From positions 14,867-78,866 of the forward strand of contig DAONFJ010000002.1 of assembly GCA_035403545.1 (NCBI GenBank): a stretch of DNA of 64,000 nt. Reading direction: 5' to 3'. The first letter of the stretch is position 1; every line of letters begins with the position of its first letter. The translations under genes were made by a program, and so were the position numbers. The DNA is from Spirochaetota bacterium. GTDB taxonomy: Bacteria > Spirochaetota > UBA4802 > UBA5550. Shown here in pieces: positions 36,987-46,130 of the stretch. Under the pieces are notes generated by a model, which was not told where the DNA came from, did no database searches, and saw only the letters and a list, made by a program, of their open reading frames with translations.

Positions 36987-37490
36987 ATGAAAAGTGTAAT
37001 CATTGATACATCATCAGCAATATTAATGTATAAGTGCCATACTATTCCGGCACTGCTGAAGTACTGCTCTCCGGTCATCTCCAGCGCGGTGAAGGCGGAA
37101 CTTATAGTTCCCGGATATGAAGGATGGGAATTTTTTACAGAGCTATGCAGAAATAGCATGATAAAAGTTCTTGAACTTGAAACAGAAAAGGCTGATGAAT
37201 TGGCCGGCTCACTTCATATCGGCGAGCGTAGTGCCATAGCTCTGTACTATGAAGGTAAAGGTGATTTTATCATCATGGATGACGGAAAGGGGAGTGCTTT
37301 CTGCAGAGATAATAAAATACCGTATATCAATGCGCTCCTTGCAGTAAAAATTCTTTTTTTTAAACGGCTTGTAACTGAAACTGAATTTGATAATGCCCGG
37401 AGATGGATGATTGCAAACGGCAGGTATTCTAAAAAAGTAATAGAATGGGCTGAAAATGCTGATGAAAATTTACTCTCGGCATTCATTTAG
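36987..37490 (+). CDS. PIN-like DUF3368-family protein
   Basis: MKSVIIDTSSAI N-terminus and HIGERSAIALYYEGKGDFIIMDDGKG block (compare GEAEAIALA...lliDD). Confidence 0.55.
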   Translation: MKSVIIDTSSAILMYKCHTIPALLKYCSPVISSAVKAELIVPGYEGWEFFTELCRNSMIKVLELETEKADELAGSLHIGERSAIALYYEGKGDFIIMDDGKGSAFCRDNKIPYINALLAVKILFFKRLVTETEFDNARRWMIANGRYSKKVIEWAENADENLLSAFI

Positions 37491-37520
37491 ATTTTATTTA
37501 TATTACCGGTTTCTGCAGTT

Positions 37521-38117
37521 TTATTTCTCTCCGCATGCGATGAAAATATCTATTTTTATTTCTCCGCCGGATTTTTCGGGAGTGCAGCTCTGGTTCAGTT
37601 TTTCAATTGAAATATTTTTAAAGCCGGCGTTTATAAACCAGTCGTAAAGATCGGGGAAAGAAAAACCGGGCCATCTGTGGTGATAGTTTTTAATGAGCTC
37701 TTCATGGCTGTGAAACATAAGATCTGTTATTGCGGCTTTTCCGCCCGGTTTTAATATACGGATAATTTCTTTAATTGCAGCCTGAGGGTCTTCCACATGG
37801 TGGAGGTACATATTGGCAAATGCGTAATCCACAGATTCATCGCCGAGTTTTATAACATCCTGATTTGTCAGTACTGCCTGGAACTCTTTGATATCTGCGA
37901 ATTTTTCTTTCATAAGTTCTATCATGGCAGGAGATGAGTCCACGGCTATAACTTTCAGTTCAGCATCAAGAAGTCCCTCGGACATAAAACCTTTAACTGC
38001 GCCTATATCAGCGGCAGTTTTTCCGCTTACAGTTTTAAGCTGAATGATGGCCTCATCCCTGACTCTTTCCAGCAGGAATTCCTCTATCATTGAATCTTCA
38101 TTTTCCGGATTACTCAT
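37521..38117 (-). CDS. Class I SAM-dependent methyltransferase
   Basis: AADIGAVKGFMS (motif I-like), VIAVDSSPAMIE, RILKPGGKAAITD. The ATG at 38117 has GAGGT upstream. Confidence 0.7.
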   Translation of the reverse strand: MSNPENEDSMIEEFLLERVRDEAIIQLKTVSGKTAADIGAVKGFMSEGLLDAELKVIAVDSSPAMIELMKEKFADIKEFQAVLTNQDVIKLGDESVDYAFANMYLHHVEDPQAAIKEIIRILKPGGKAAITDLMFHSHEELIKNYHHRWPGFSFPDLYDWFINAGFKNISIEKLNQSCTPEKSGGEIKIDIFIACGEK

Positions 38118-38489
38118 ATATTTTAACCTCGCCTGTTTCTGATTATTATAAAAATATTGATTATTCGGTTGCGCAGCGTTTTGCATCTGCTATTTCTGCG
38201 CCGGGCAGTATACACACATGAATCCCGGAATTTTAAAAAATATCCGTATAATTTCATGATTTTATATCCATCCGGTATAGTGTAATCCGCGTTGATTTTG
38301 TGATTAATAATATTATCTTTCTTCAACTGTCTATTCCTTTTCAGGCAAGTTAAAGAATATTAAATCCGTTAATAAATTTTTTATTGCATTTACTTTTATA
38401 CGGCATAATATGTCAGATGAATTATGATAGTTATAATTTTTCCACCCGGCAAAGACTGGCGGAAAATAATAAAATCTTCAGGTTAATTA

Positions 38490-39359
38490 ATGGAAATCGC
38501 GCTCTGTTACAGAATATTGCAAATCGGGGAGACTTCAACTGACGAGGATATCTCACGCTCATTTAAAGCCATGGCAATGAAATATCATCCCGATAAAAAT
38601 CCCCAGAGACGAGAATGGGCGAATGAACAGATGACTGTACTGAATACAGCCTACTCCACCCTCATGAGTTACAGATTCAATCAGGGAAGCGCGGAAGCAG
38701 CACAGGAATTTAAAAAATCTGAAGAGGAACATCGTGCCAAACCGGCATCGGAGAATGCTGACCACAGAAATGACGCGCAGAGAGGATATGCGAGAGAAGA
38801 GGATAGAGAGTATCTTATAAGCAAATTCGTCAAAGCCAGAGAGGATGCAAAAGATGGCATGTACCGGTATTTTCAGTATAACCTCTATAATTTTCATAGG
38901 AGAGAGGAAAGGGGTAACCGGAAAATTTATAATGATATAATTGTATCTTTAAGAAAATCGTATCATCTTATAAAAAAGTATTCATCACTGACCCGGGACC
39001 GTGAGCTCCTTGAACATTTTAATATATTCGGAAAAATGATTTTTGATTTTTACAGGGCTTCGGAGTGCCTTAACATTATTGATTCATATAACGACAGCTA
39101 TGAAGTGGATGCATACCGGATGTACAGGAGAGGTGACGAACATCTTCACAAAACTGAAAAAGAACTGTTCTTCGACAGGCACAACAGAGGATTCATCGAC
39201 AGAAGAAAAACGGTTCCGGAACTTCTGGATGCTGAACATATTTTCAGAAGAACACTTCAGCTGTATAAAGATTCATCCTGGGCAGTGGAATCATCCATTA
39301 AACTGGAATATGTATTATCATTAAAAGATTATATCTCACTCTTTTTTTCTGAGGAATAA
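38490..39359 (+). CDS. J-domain (DnaJ-like) protein with an uncharacterised C-terminal region
   Basis: CYRILQIGETSTDEDISRSFKAMAMKYHPDKN with the HPD tripeptide. Confidence 0.75.
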   Translation: MEIALCYRILQIGETSTDEDISRSFKAMAMKYHPDKNPQRREWANEQMTVLNTAYSTLMSYRFNQGSAEAAQEFKKSEEEHRAKPASENADHRNDAQRGYAREEDREYLISKFVKAREDAKDGMYRYFQYNLYNFHRREERGNRKIYNDIIVSLRKSYHLIKKYSSLTRDRELLEHFNIFGKMIFDFYRASECLNIIDSYNDSYEVDAYRMYRRGDEHLHKTEKELFFDRHNRGFIDRRKTVPELLDAEHIFRRTLQLYKDSSWAVESSIKLEYVLSLKDYISLFFSEE

Positions 39360-39477
39360 CAGGATTTTTTACAATTGACACCTTATGCTATAATTATTGA
39401 ATTGAATAAAAGCCCTCTCCGTGGGCGCGGTGGCTTCAGGAAATGAATAAAAATCAGATTGGTATGGAAAAAACAGC

Positions 39478-40641
39478 ATGACCTTATACAGCAATGATTC
39501 ACCAATATATACTGAGATAGACCTGGGTGCTTTCAGGCATAATCTTAAAGAGATAAAAAGAATTTTAAATCCCGGTGCAAAGATAATGGCTGTGGTAAAA
39601 GCTGACGCTTACGGACATGGCGGAGAGATGATTGCGTGTGAAGCAGTTTCCGGCGGTACTGCTTTTTTTGCAGTTGCAAGGATGAATGAAGCTATTCACC
39701 TGAGGGATTGCGGGATAGAGGCTCCTATTCTATTATTTGATGATTGCGTTTCTGAAAATACGGCGAGGTATATTGAACTGAATGTCCGTCCTACCATAAG
39801 TACTTTTGATGAAGCGGAAAGATTTTCGAATAAAGCATCACAGAATAGAACTAAATTAAAAGTTCATATAAAAATAGATACAGGTATGGGACGGCTCGGT
39901 TTTATCGCTGATGGGCTTACGTCAGACCAGGAATACTATCCACTTGCCGGTGAGATAAAAAAAATTTCGGAACTTCCGTTTATTGAAATTGAAGGTGTTT
40001 ATTCACACTTCGCGAATGCTGACACAAAAGATAAAACTCATGCTAACCATCAACTTGACCTTTTTCTGAAGTTAAAGAGAGAACTGGAGAATATACTGCC
40101 TCAGAAAATACTTTTTCATATGGCTAACAGCGCAGCAATAATGGAAATACCGGAATCGCATTTTGACATGGTAAGGCCGGGAATAATAATGTACGGCCTG
40201 TATCCTTCCGGCGAGGTTGACAAAAGCAGAATCGATCTTAAGCCGGTAATGTCGTTAAAATCAAAAATAATTCATATTAAAAAAGTAGGCCCTGGATTTA
40301 AAGTAAGCTACGGCAGCACTTTTACAACAGACAGGGATACGGTAATAGCAACAGTTCCGGCAGGATATGCTGACGGCTTAAGCAGATTATTGTCTTCAAA
40401 GGGTGAGATGCTTGTCCGCGGTAAGAGAGCTCCGATTATGGGAAGGGTCTGCATGGATCTTACAATGATTGATGTAACATTTATTGATGGAGTTACACTA
40501 AATGATGAAGTTGTAATAATGGGGAGCCAGGGCGCAAATACAATATCCGCCGATGAAATTGCAGAAAAAACAGGAACAATAAATTACGAAGTGGTCTCGT
40601 CAATCGCACCCAGGGTTCCTAAAAAATTTATTAATGTTTAA
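39478..40641 (+). CDS. alr: Alanine racemase
   Basis: PLP-lysine motif AVVKADAYGHG and C-terminal block RVCMDLTMIDV. Confidence 0.9.
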   Translation: MTLYSNDSPIYTEIDLGAFRHNLKEIKRILNPGAKIMAVVKADAYGHGGEMIACEAVSGGTAFFAVARMNEAIHLRDCGIEAPILLFDDCVSENTARYIELNVRPTISTFDEAERFSNKASQNRTKLKVHIKIDTGMGRLGFIADGLTSDQEYYPLAGEIKKISELPFIEIEGVYSHFANADTKDKTHANHQLDLFLKLKRELENILPQKILFHMANSAAIMEIPESHFDMVRPGIIMYGLYPSGEVDKSRIDLKPVMSLKSKIIHIKKVGPGFKVSYGSTFTTDRDTVIATVPAGYADGLSRLLSSKGEMLVRGKRAPIMGRVCMDLTMIDVTFIDGVTLNDEVVIMGSQGANTISADEIAEKTGTINYEVVSSIAPRVPKKFINV

Positions 40642-40687
40642 ATATTTAATGGATAACAATAAACAATATATGTAGTATAAATAAGCC

Positions 40688-40738
40688 CCCGCATCCCCGG
40701 GGGAACAGAGCTGATCCTTGCCCCCTCGGGAGTGCGGG
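40688..40738 (+). other. GC-rich imperfect hairpin downstream of alr
   Basis: CCCGCA/TGCGGG (6 bp) + TCCC/GGGA (4 bp) + GGGGG/CCCCC (5 bp) around a 17-nt loop. No U-tract follows. Confidence 0.4.
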
Positions 40739-40773
40739 AGATATGTTATACAGAAAAATTTTAAGAGAAAAAG

Positions 40774-41040
40774 ATGATAGAGAGCGGTGTAACAAAAAAA
40801 GAAATTCTATACCCTGCCGAGATTGTTTACAAAGCGGTATTCAGAAATATGCCATATACGATGGATACTATAAAAAATATTATTCACGAACATGCTGATA
40901 GTGTGAGTGTAACTGCTAAAGAGAGTTCAGGGGGGAAGTTTATTTCCTATACAATTACTGCTGTATTTGAATCAGAAGAAAGATTAAATTCGTCATGTAC
41001 ACATATTACAACGCTTGAAGGATTTATGATGTTGTTTTAA
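40774..41040 (+). CDS. DUF493 (YbeD-like) small protein
   Basis: 88 aa. YPAEIVYKAVFRN start, SSGGKFISYTIT, and an ending ..GFMMLF typical of the family. Confidence 0.55.
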   Translation: MIESGVTKKEILYPAEIVYKAVFRNMPYTMDTIKNIIHEHADSVSVTAKESSGGKFISYTITAVFESEERLNSSCTHITTLEGFMMLF

Positions 41041-41488
41041 CAGCAGATTGCAGTTTTTCAAATTCCTGCTCTGTAAAAATTTTAATTCCCGATTTTATAA
41101 AAAGGTCTGCAGTAATACCGTTACCTTCAATGAGCTTCCCTGAAAAAGTTCCGTCGTAAATAAATCCGAATCCGCAGGATGGACTTTTTGATTTAAGAAT
41201 TGCCTGAGTGATCCCGTTTTTTTTTGCAGTTTCGAGCGATAACAATGCTCCGCGAGTAAAAGGTTCAGTATAGTCGTTGCCATCCTTTCCTTTTATTTCG
41301 GGACATCCGTTATTATTTTTACGCAGTTCACATCTTACGCGCGGGACAGGGAGGCCTCCAAGTACTTCAGGACAGACCGGTATAGCTAAATTATTTTCAA
41401 CCATAACCTTGATGGTATCATTAGTATTTGAATTGCCGTCATATCTGCATCTCTCACCTGCGAGACATGCGCTGACAATATATTTCAT
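41024..41488 (-). CDS. DUF523 family protein
   Basis: VSACLAGERCRYDGNS N-terminal signature. Its 3' end overlaps the convergent DUF493 gene by 17 nt. Confidence 0.7.
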   Translation of the reverse strand: MKYIVSACLAGERCRYDGNSNTNDTIKVMVENNLAIPVCPEVLGGLPVPRVRCELRKNNNGCPEIKGKDGNDYTEPFTRGALLSLETAKKNGITQAILKSKSPSCGFGFIYDGTFSGKLIEGNGITADLFIKSGIKIFTEQEFEKLQSAVKTTS

Positions 41489-41511
41489 AAAGCAAACTCT
41501 ATCTTCACGGC

Positions 41512-42741
41512 TTATGCTCTTTGCCTTTGAGCCATTCCGGCTACTGCTCCGGTACTCCAGGCAAACTGAAGGTTAAATCCGCCGCTGTCTCCATCTATAT
41601 CCAGGAGTTCTCCTGTAATAAAAAGGTTTTTGACAATTTTAGATTCCATTGTTGAGGGATCGATTTCGTTTACAGATACTCCGCCTGCGGCCGCAACAGC
41701 TTCATCGAAACCTCTTGTTTTTCCCGGTGTAATACGGAAATCTTTTAAAGATGAGAGAATTTTTTTTATCTCGCTGATGGAGAGAGATCCGCATCTTTTT
41801 TCATGATCTATACCTGATATTGAAAGTATAACTTCCGGCATCCTTTCCTTCAGAATTCCAAGCAGCGCAAAAGATAATTTTTTGCTTTTATCTGTAAAAA
41901 GAATATCTAAAGTCTGTTCAAGTTCGTGCAGGCACATTGACGGGAAAAAGTCGATAGATACATCGGGAATTTTTCCCGTAAGAACAAGCTCATTAACGCT
42001 TCTTGAAACTTTGAGTGAAGCCGGCCCTGAAATTCCGTATGCCGTAAAAAGTAATTCATCGCATGATTCCGCGGTACATTTTTCTTTATATAAAACTTTA
42101 ACTCCACAGTCCCATTTAATTCCCTGAAGAGTGTGAAGGGCTTTAAGCGGGATGTTAATAGGAAGTATTACAGGGAAAGGTTCATAAACTTTATGGCCAA
42201 GACTTTTTGCAAGTTCATATCCGGAATTTGAAGCTCCGGCTGCCGGGAAAGCAGAGCTGCCGCATGCAAGAATGACTGAATCAAAAATTTCCTCCTCCAT
42301 ACCCGCAGTAATAAGCCTGAATTTATTTTTTTCCGGAATTATTTTGTCAATCTTTCTGTGAATACGTATATCCACGCCCCGCTTAACAAGTTCATATTCA
42401 AATACTTTGGGGACTATTGAAGCTTGAAGTGACGCCGGGAAGAGTTTTCCGTCATCTTCTTCAATTAGCGGTATACCTATTGAGTTAAAAAATTTTTCTG
42501 TTTCTGCAAGGCCGAATGCAGATAATATGCGGTCAGTAAATTCAGGATTGTGGCCATGGTATCTGCTGAGGTTTATATTTCTGTTGGTAATATTACACCG
42601 GCCGTTTCCCGTAACAAGTATTTTACGGCCGATTTTTTTCTGTTTTTCGAAGAGAGTTACATCGCAGTTTTCAGAAGCGAAATATGCTGCAATTAATCCT
42701 GATGCGCCGCCTCCGATTACTGCTGTCTTTTTATCTGCCAT
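41512..42741 (-). CDS. HI0933/YhiN-family FAD-dependent oxidoreductase
   Basis: VIGGGASGLIAA dinucleotide fold, TGNGRCNITN, C-terminal GELLDIDGDSGGFNLQ. Confidence 0.82.
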   Translation of the reverse strand: MADKKTAVIGGGASGLIAAYFASENCDVTLFEKQKKIGRKILVTGNGRCNITNRNINLSRYHGHNPEFTDRILSAFGLAETEKFFNSIGIPLIEEDDGKLFPASLQASIVPKVFEYELVKRGVDIRIHRKIDKIIPEKNKFRLITAGMEEEIFDSVILACGSSAFPAAGASNSGYELAKSLGHKVYEPFPVILPINIPLKALHTLQGIKWDCGVKVLYKEKCTAESCDELLFTAYGISGPASLKVSRSVNELVLTGKIPDVSIDFFPSMCLHELEQTLDILFTDKSKKLSFALLGILKERMPEVILSISGIDHEKRCGSLSISEIKKILSSLKDFRITPGKTRGFDEAVAAAGGVSVNEIDPSTMESKIVKNLFITGELLDIDGDSGGFNLQFAWSTGAVAGMAQRQRA

Positions 42742-42766
42742 CGTAATTTTCAGTTTTAATCCGGAA

Positions 42767-43270
42767 CTATTTTTTTAAAGCTTCCCAGTTATCCTGGGTC
42801 CCGATGTATCTGTAATAACCTTTTATAGTTTTTTTATCTAAGGTAAATATTCCGTAAAAATCCTGTTCAAAATAAGCTGTTCCGCCATACCTGATGAGAT
42901 CTTCTTTTGTTTTAATTATTCTTTTAAAATAAATTTTATCTTCAGTAACCTTCAGATCATTAAGCGGCTGGGGAACACCATTTCCCCAGTTAAAAAATTT
43001 TATTGTACCATAAAATTTTCCGTCGGCAATTCCGAGAAAAAGTTCACCTTTATAACCCGACATTGATACATCGAACAGTCCTGTATGGTTTGAAATGTCT
43101 GTAATTCCGCTTTCATTAACATTGTTTCCTGGCAATATCACGTCTGCCGCAATACTGGATGAACTTCCGTTGGTTTCTGCTGATATGGTATCTCTGTTCA
43201 TCGATTTTCTGCATACTGTGAGCGTAAACGCAGTAATAATAATTGCAATGAATATTATTATTTGTTTCAT
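42767..43270 (-). CDS. Hypothetical lipoprotein
   Basis: Lipobox LTVC. No other motif recognised. Confidence 0.55.
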   Translation of the reverse strand: MKQIIIFIAIIITAFTLTVCRKSMNRDTISAETNGSSSSIAADVILPGNNVNESGITDISNHTGLFDVSMSGYKGELFLGIADGKFYGTIKFFNWGNGVPQPLNDLKVTEDKIYFKRIIKTKEDLIRYGGTAYFEQDFYGIFTLDKKTIKGYYRYIGTQDNWEALKK

Positions 43271-43292
43271 ATAATTTCCTGTGCACGGTTTT

Positions 43293-44318
43293 CTACTGTT
43301 TATTATCGGGAAGAACTTTGTCTTTCTTAATTAACCCTGCATAGAAAAGAAGGATAGCTCCGATCCCTGACCAGACAAATGTTCTGAATCTTCGTATGAT
43401 CCCGACAGAAAGACCGATTATAGGATCATGCCCGAGTATAGAGAGCGCAATAGAATATGATCCTTCGCTTGTACCTACGTTAGCGGGAACGAAAAAGAGA
43501 GCGCTTGTGGCTATGAATCCGAATACATAAATAAAGAGTCCCTCTGTAAGTGAAATCCCTGCAGCGGGGCTTATATAATTGACAATAAGATATATCTCAA
43601 GCGAACATGAAATAATTGAACCGAAGTAGTGCATGGCGAGTGAAATGTAAAAATGTTTTAAATTATTTCTGCTGCTGAAAATGTATTTTATCTCATCGTC
43701 GACAAGGCTGATTTTTTCCATATTTTTTTCTGTAAGTATTTTATTACTTATTTTTCCGGGCAATTTTCTGATGATGTTAAGCAGAATATCATCACTATGT
43801 TTTTTCACGAACCGGAATGACAGATAGAGAATGAGAATAAAAAATAAAAAGAGAGAGATGAACAGCGCAACGTTCTGCATAAGATGAGATTTGAATACGA
43901 AGAGGCCGGCAAAGAGTCCTGTAAGAACCATGAGTACACTTGAAACAATATGTATCAGCCTGTCGAGAACTACTGTTGCAAGCCCTATGTTCATCGGCAG
44001 AATATCTTTTACATACATCGCTTTAAGAGGTTCACCTGCGGCAGACCCGAGAGCGTTTATAGATGACGTGGCATCACCGGCCACCCGTGCCAGAAAAAAT
44101 TTATAAAAATGAGATTTTTTTACCGGGTAGTTAATAAGAACACGCCAGCCGTAGGCGAGAAATATATTTGTAAAAATATAAATCGAACATATTATAATAA
44201 ATCCCGGCCACCCTATCCTTGATATCTGCTCGATTGTTGATTCAACGCCGAAGGATCTAAACAGCACGAAGAGAAGCGCGCCGCCGGCAAAGAGGAATAT
44301 GTATTTTGATTTTTTCAT
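43293..44318 (-). CDS. Polytopic membrane protein, flippase-like (LPG_synthase_TM/UPF0104-like)
   Basis: About 8 TM segments. ARVAGDATSSINALGSAAGEPLKA-type loop as in the UPF0104 family. By eye only. Confidence 0.4.
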   Translation of the reverse strand: MKKSKYIFLFAGGALLFVLFRSFGVESTIEQISRIGWPGFIIICSIYIFTNIFLAYGWRVLINYPVKKSHFYKFFLARVAGDATSSINALGSAAGEPLKAMYVKDILPMNIGLATVVLDRLIHIVSSVLMVLTGLFAGLFVFKSHLMQNVALFISLFLFFILILYLSFRFVKKHSDDILLNIIRKLPGKISNKILTEKNMEKISLVDDEIKYIFSSRNNLKHFYISLAMHYFGSIISCSLEIYLIVNYISPAAGISLTEGLFIYVFGFIATSALFFVPANVGTSEGSYSIALSILGHDPIIGLSVGIIRRFRTFVWSGIGAILLFYAGLIKKDKVLPDNKQ

Positions 44319-44333
44319 CTGATTCCTTTAAAA

Positions 44334-46130
44334 TTATAGTGATATTATTAATACGGTCAAATCATCGAGAAGGTCCTGGTCAGGATATAATTCCCTGATT
44401 TTATTTCTCATGATATTAAGCATTTCCTCCGGAGTTTTATCAATATTGCTGATAATAATTTCAGACAGTGCTGAAAATCCGATATCGATATCGAGTGTTT
44501 CTCCTCCGAGAGATTCAACCAGGCCGTCCGTAAAAAGGAAAAGAACATCTCCTTTTTCGTAAATAATTGTTTTTTCTGCATAATTAGCGGGAGTAATTAT
44601 TCCGAAAGGTTTTCCCTTTGCCTGAAGTTTTACGACTTCCAGATTTTTTCTGCGGATCAGTATCTGATCATTATGCCCGGCTGAACTGAACGTAATTATG
44701 TTTGATACTGTATCCACCAGAACGTAGAATACGGTTACGAACATGCCGTATTCACTTTCCTGAAAAATTGCGGTGTTTGAAATCTGGAAAAGCCCTGCTG
44801 GCCTATGGTTGTTTTTTGATCCGAATTTCAGTATGTTTTTAACTGTTCCGGTAAAGAGAGCAGCAGGTATTCCCTTCCCCGAAACATCCGCAATCATTAT
44901 ACCGCAATTGTAATCATCTACTTCGTAGAAGTCAAAAAAATCTCCGCCTACATGTTTCGCCGGTTCGTACAAAACTGATACAGTAATTCCATTGAAGCCG
45001 GATGGTATTTTAACCAGGTTTTTTCTCTGAATATCAGCGGCGATATCAAGTTCCTGTTTAAGTTTTTTACGTTTTTCCTCCTGCCGCCTGTCCGCGAAGG
45101 TCCTGTAAACTCCTGTCATATGGCTTATTAATGCTGAGAGAACATTCAGTTCAAAATCATCGAATAACCTTCTGTTCTTTTTATCTGTAAGATTCAGAAC
45201 TCCGGCAATCCGGTTATTGTAATAGAGAGGAACAGATACAAATGCGTTTGTTTTATATTCTTTATTTTTTTTACAGTATTCGGGGAGATCATTTTTTACG
45301 TTGCTTACATTTATCATTTTTCCGGTTTTAAACACGTGTGCTGCTATAGAATCATCGGGGATTACAGCTCCAGCCGGAACGCTTGAACCATAAGCCGCAA
45401 TGATTTCAAGCCGCTTTCTATCGGGGACAAAAAGTATAAGCGAGGCTCTTTCTACATTGAGAGATTCCGCAAGGGTTCGGACTACATTCATGAAAAAATC
45501 TTTTTCATTATCAACCAGTGCAACGGATCGTGACAGTTCATAGAGAGCGTTAAGTTCCTCGACTCTTTTTTTCAGGTCTTCATATAAAAGCCGGTTCGTA
45601 ATCGATGATGCAGATATTGTGGCAATTACTTCGAGCAGTTTCAGGTCGAGAGTTGAGAAATGATCCCTGCCTGATTTATTTACTATCTCCAGGACTCCGA
45701 CAAATTCATCCCTTGCCATCATCGGAGTGCATAGGATATTTTTTGTAACAAAACCGGTATCAAGGTCTATACCGTTGTAAAAACGTTCATCCGTGTTAAC
45801 ATCATTTACAATTATAGATTTTTTATTATTGAATACATTCCAGGCAAAACCTGAGTTTTCCGGTATGCTGATTCCCAGCATTTTTTTCATCCCTTCGTCA
45901 GTTGTGGATTTGAAGTAGAGGAGGTTCTCAGTCTGCTGATAAAGAAGGAGTGATGCCGCTTCAGCTTGAAGAATCTCTTTTGATATTTCTACGATAGAAA
46001 TATAAAGTTCCTCCAGCCCTTTTCTTGGAACAATCTCCTCAGTAATTTTAAAAAAAACTGAAATATCAATCAGGGCATGTTCTTTCAAATGTTTCTGTTC
46101 CTCTTTCTCAGAATATCGGTTTATAGTCAA
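44334..46130 (-). CDS. Tandem-GAF PP2C-type (SpoIIE-family) serine phosphatase
   Basis: Two GAF-like segments followed by GGDFFDF, ADVSGKGIPAAL and TDGLVES phosphatase motifs. Confidence 0.85.
   Translation of the reverse strand: MTINRYSEKEEQKHLKEHALIDISVFFKITEEIVPRKGLEELYISIVEISKEILQAEAASLLLYQQTENLLYFKSTTDEGMKKMLGISIPENSGFAWNVFNNKKSIIVNDVNTDERFYNGIDLDTGFVTKNILCTPMMARDEFVGVLEIVNKSGRDHFSTLDLKLLEVIATISASSITNRLLYEDLKKRVEELNALYELSRSVALVDNEKDFFMNVVRTLAESLNVERASLILFVPDRKRLEIIAAYGSSVPAGAVIPDDSIAAHVFKTGKMINVSNVKNDLPEYCKKNKEYKTNAFVSVPLYYNNRIAGVLNLTDKKNRRLFDDFELNVLSALISHMTGVYRTFADRRQEEKRKKLKQELDIAADIQRKNLVKIPSGFNGITVSVLYEPAKHVGGDFFDFYEVDDYNCGIMIADVSGKGIPAALFTGTVKNILKFGSKNNHRPAGLFQISNTAIFQESEYGMFVTVFYVLVDTVSNIITFSSAGHNDQILIRRKNLEVVKLQAKGKPFGIITPANYAEKTIIYEKGDVLFLFTDGLVESLGGETLDIDIGFSALSEIIISNIDKTPEEMLNIMRNKIRELYPDQDLLDDLTVLIISL

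Noticed and set aside
39368-39394. TTGACA and TATAAT hexamers upstream of alr
   Set aside because: The perfect TTGACA (39375-39380) is only 8 nt from TATAAT (39389-39394), which is too close for a sigma70 promoter. The alternative -35 (TTTACA, 15-nt spacer) is weak, so I did not report it as a feature.
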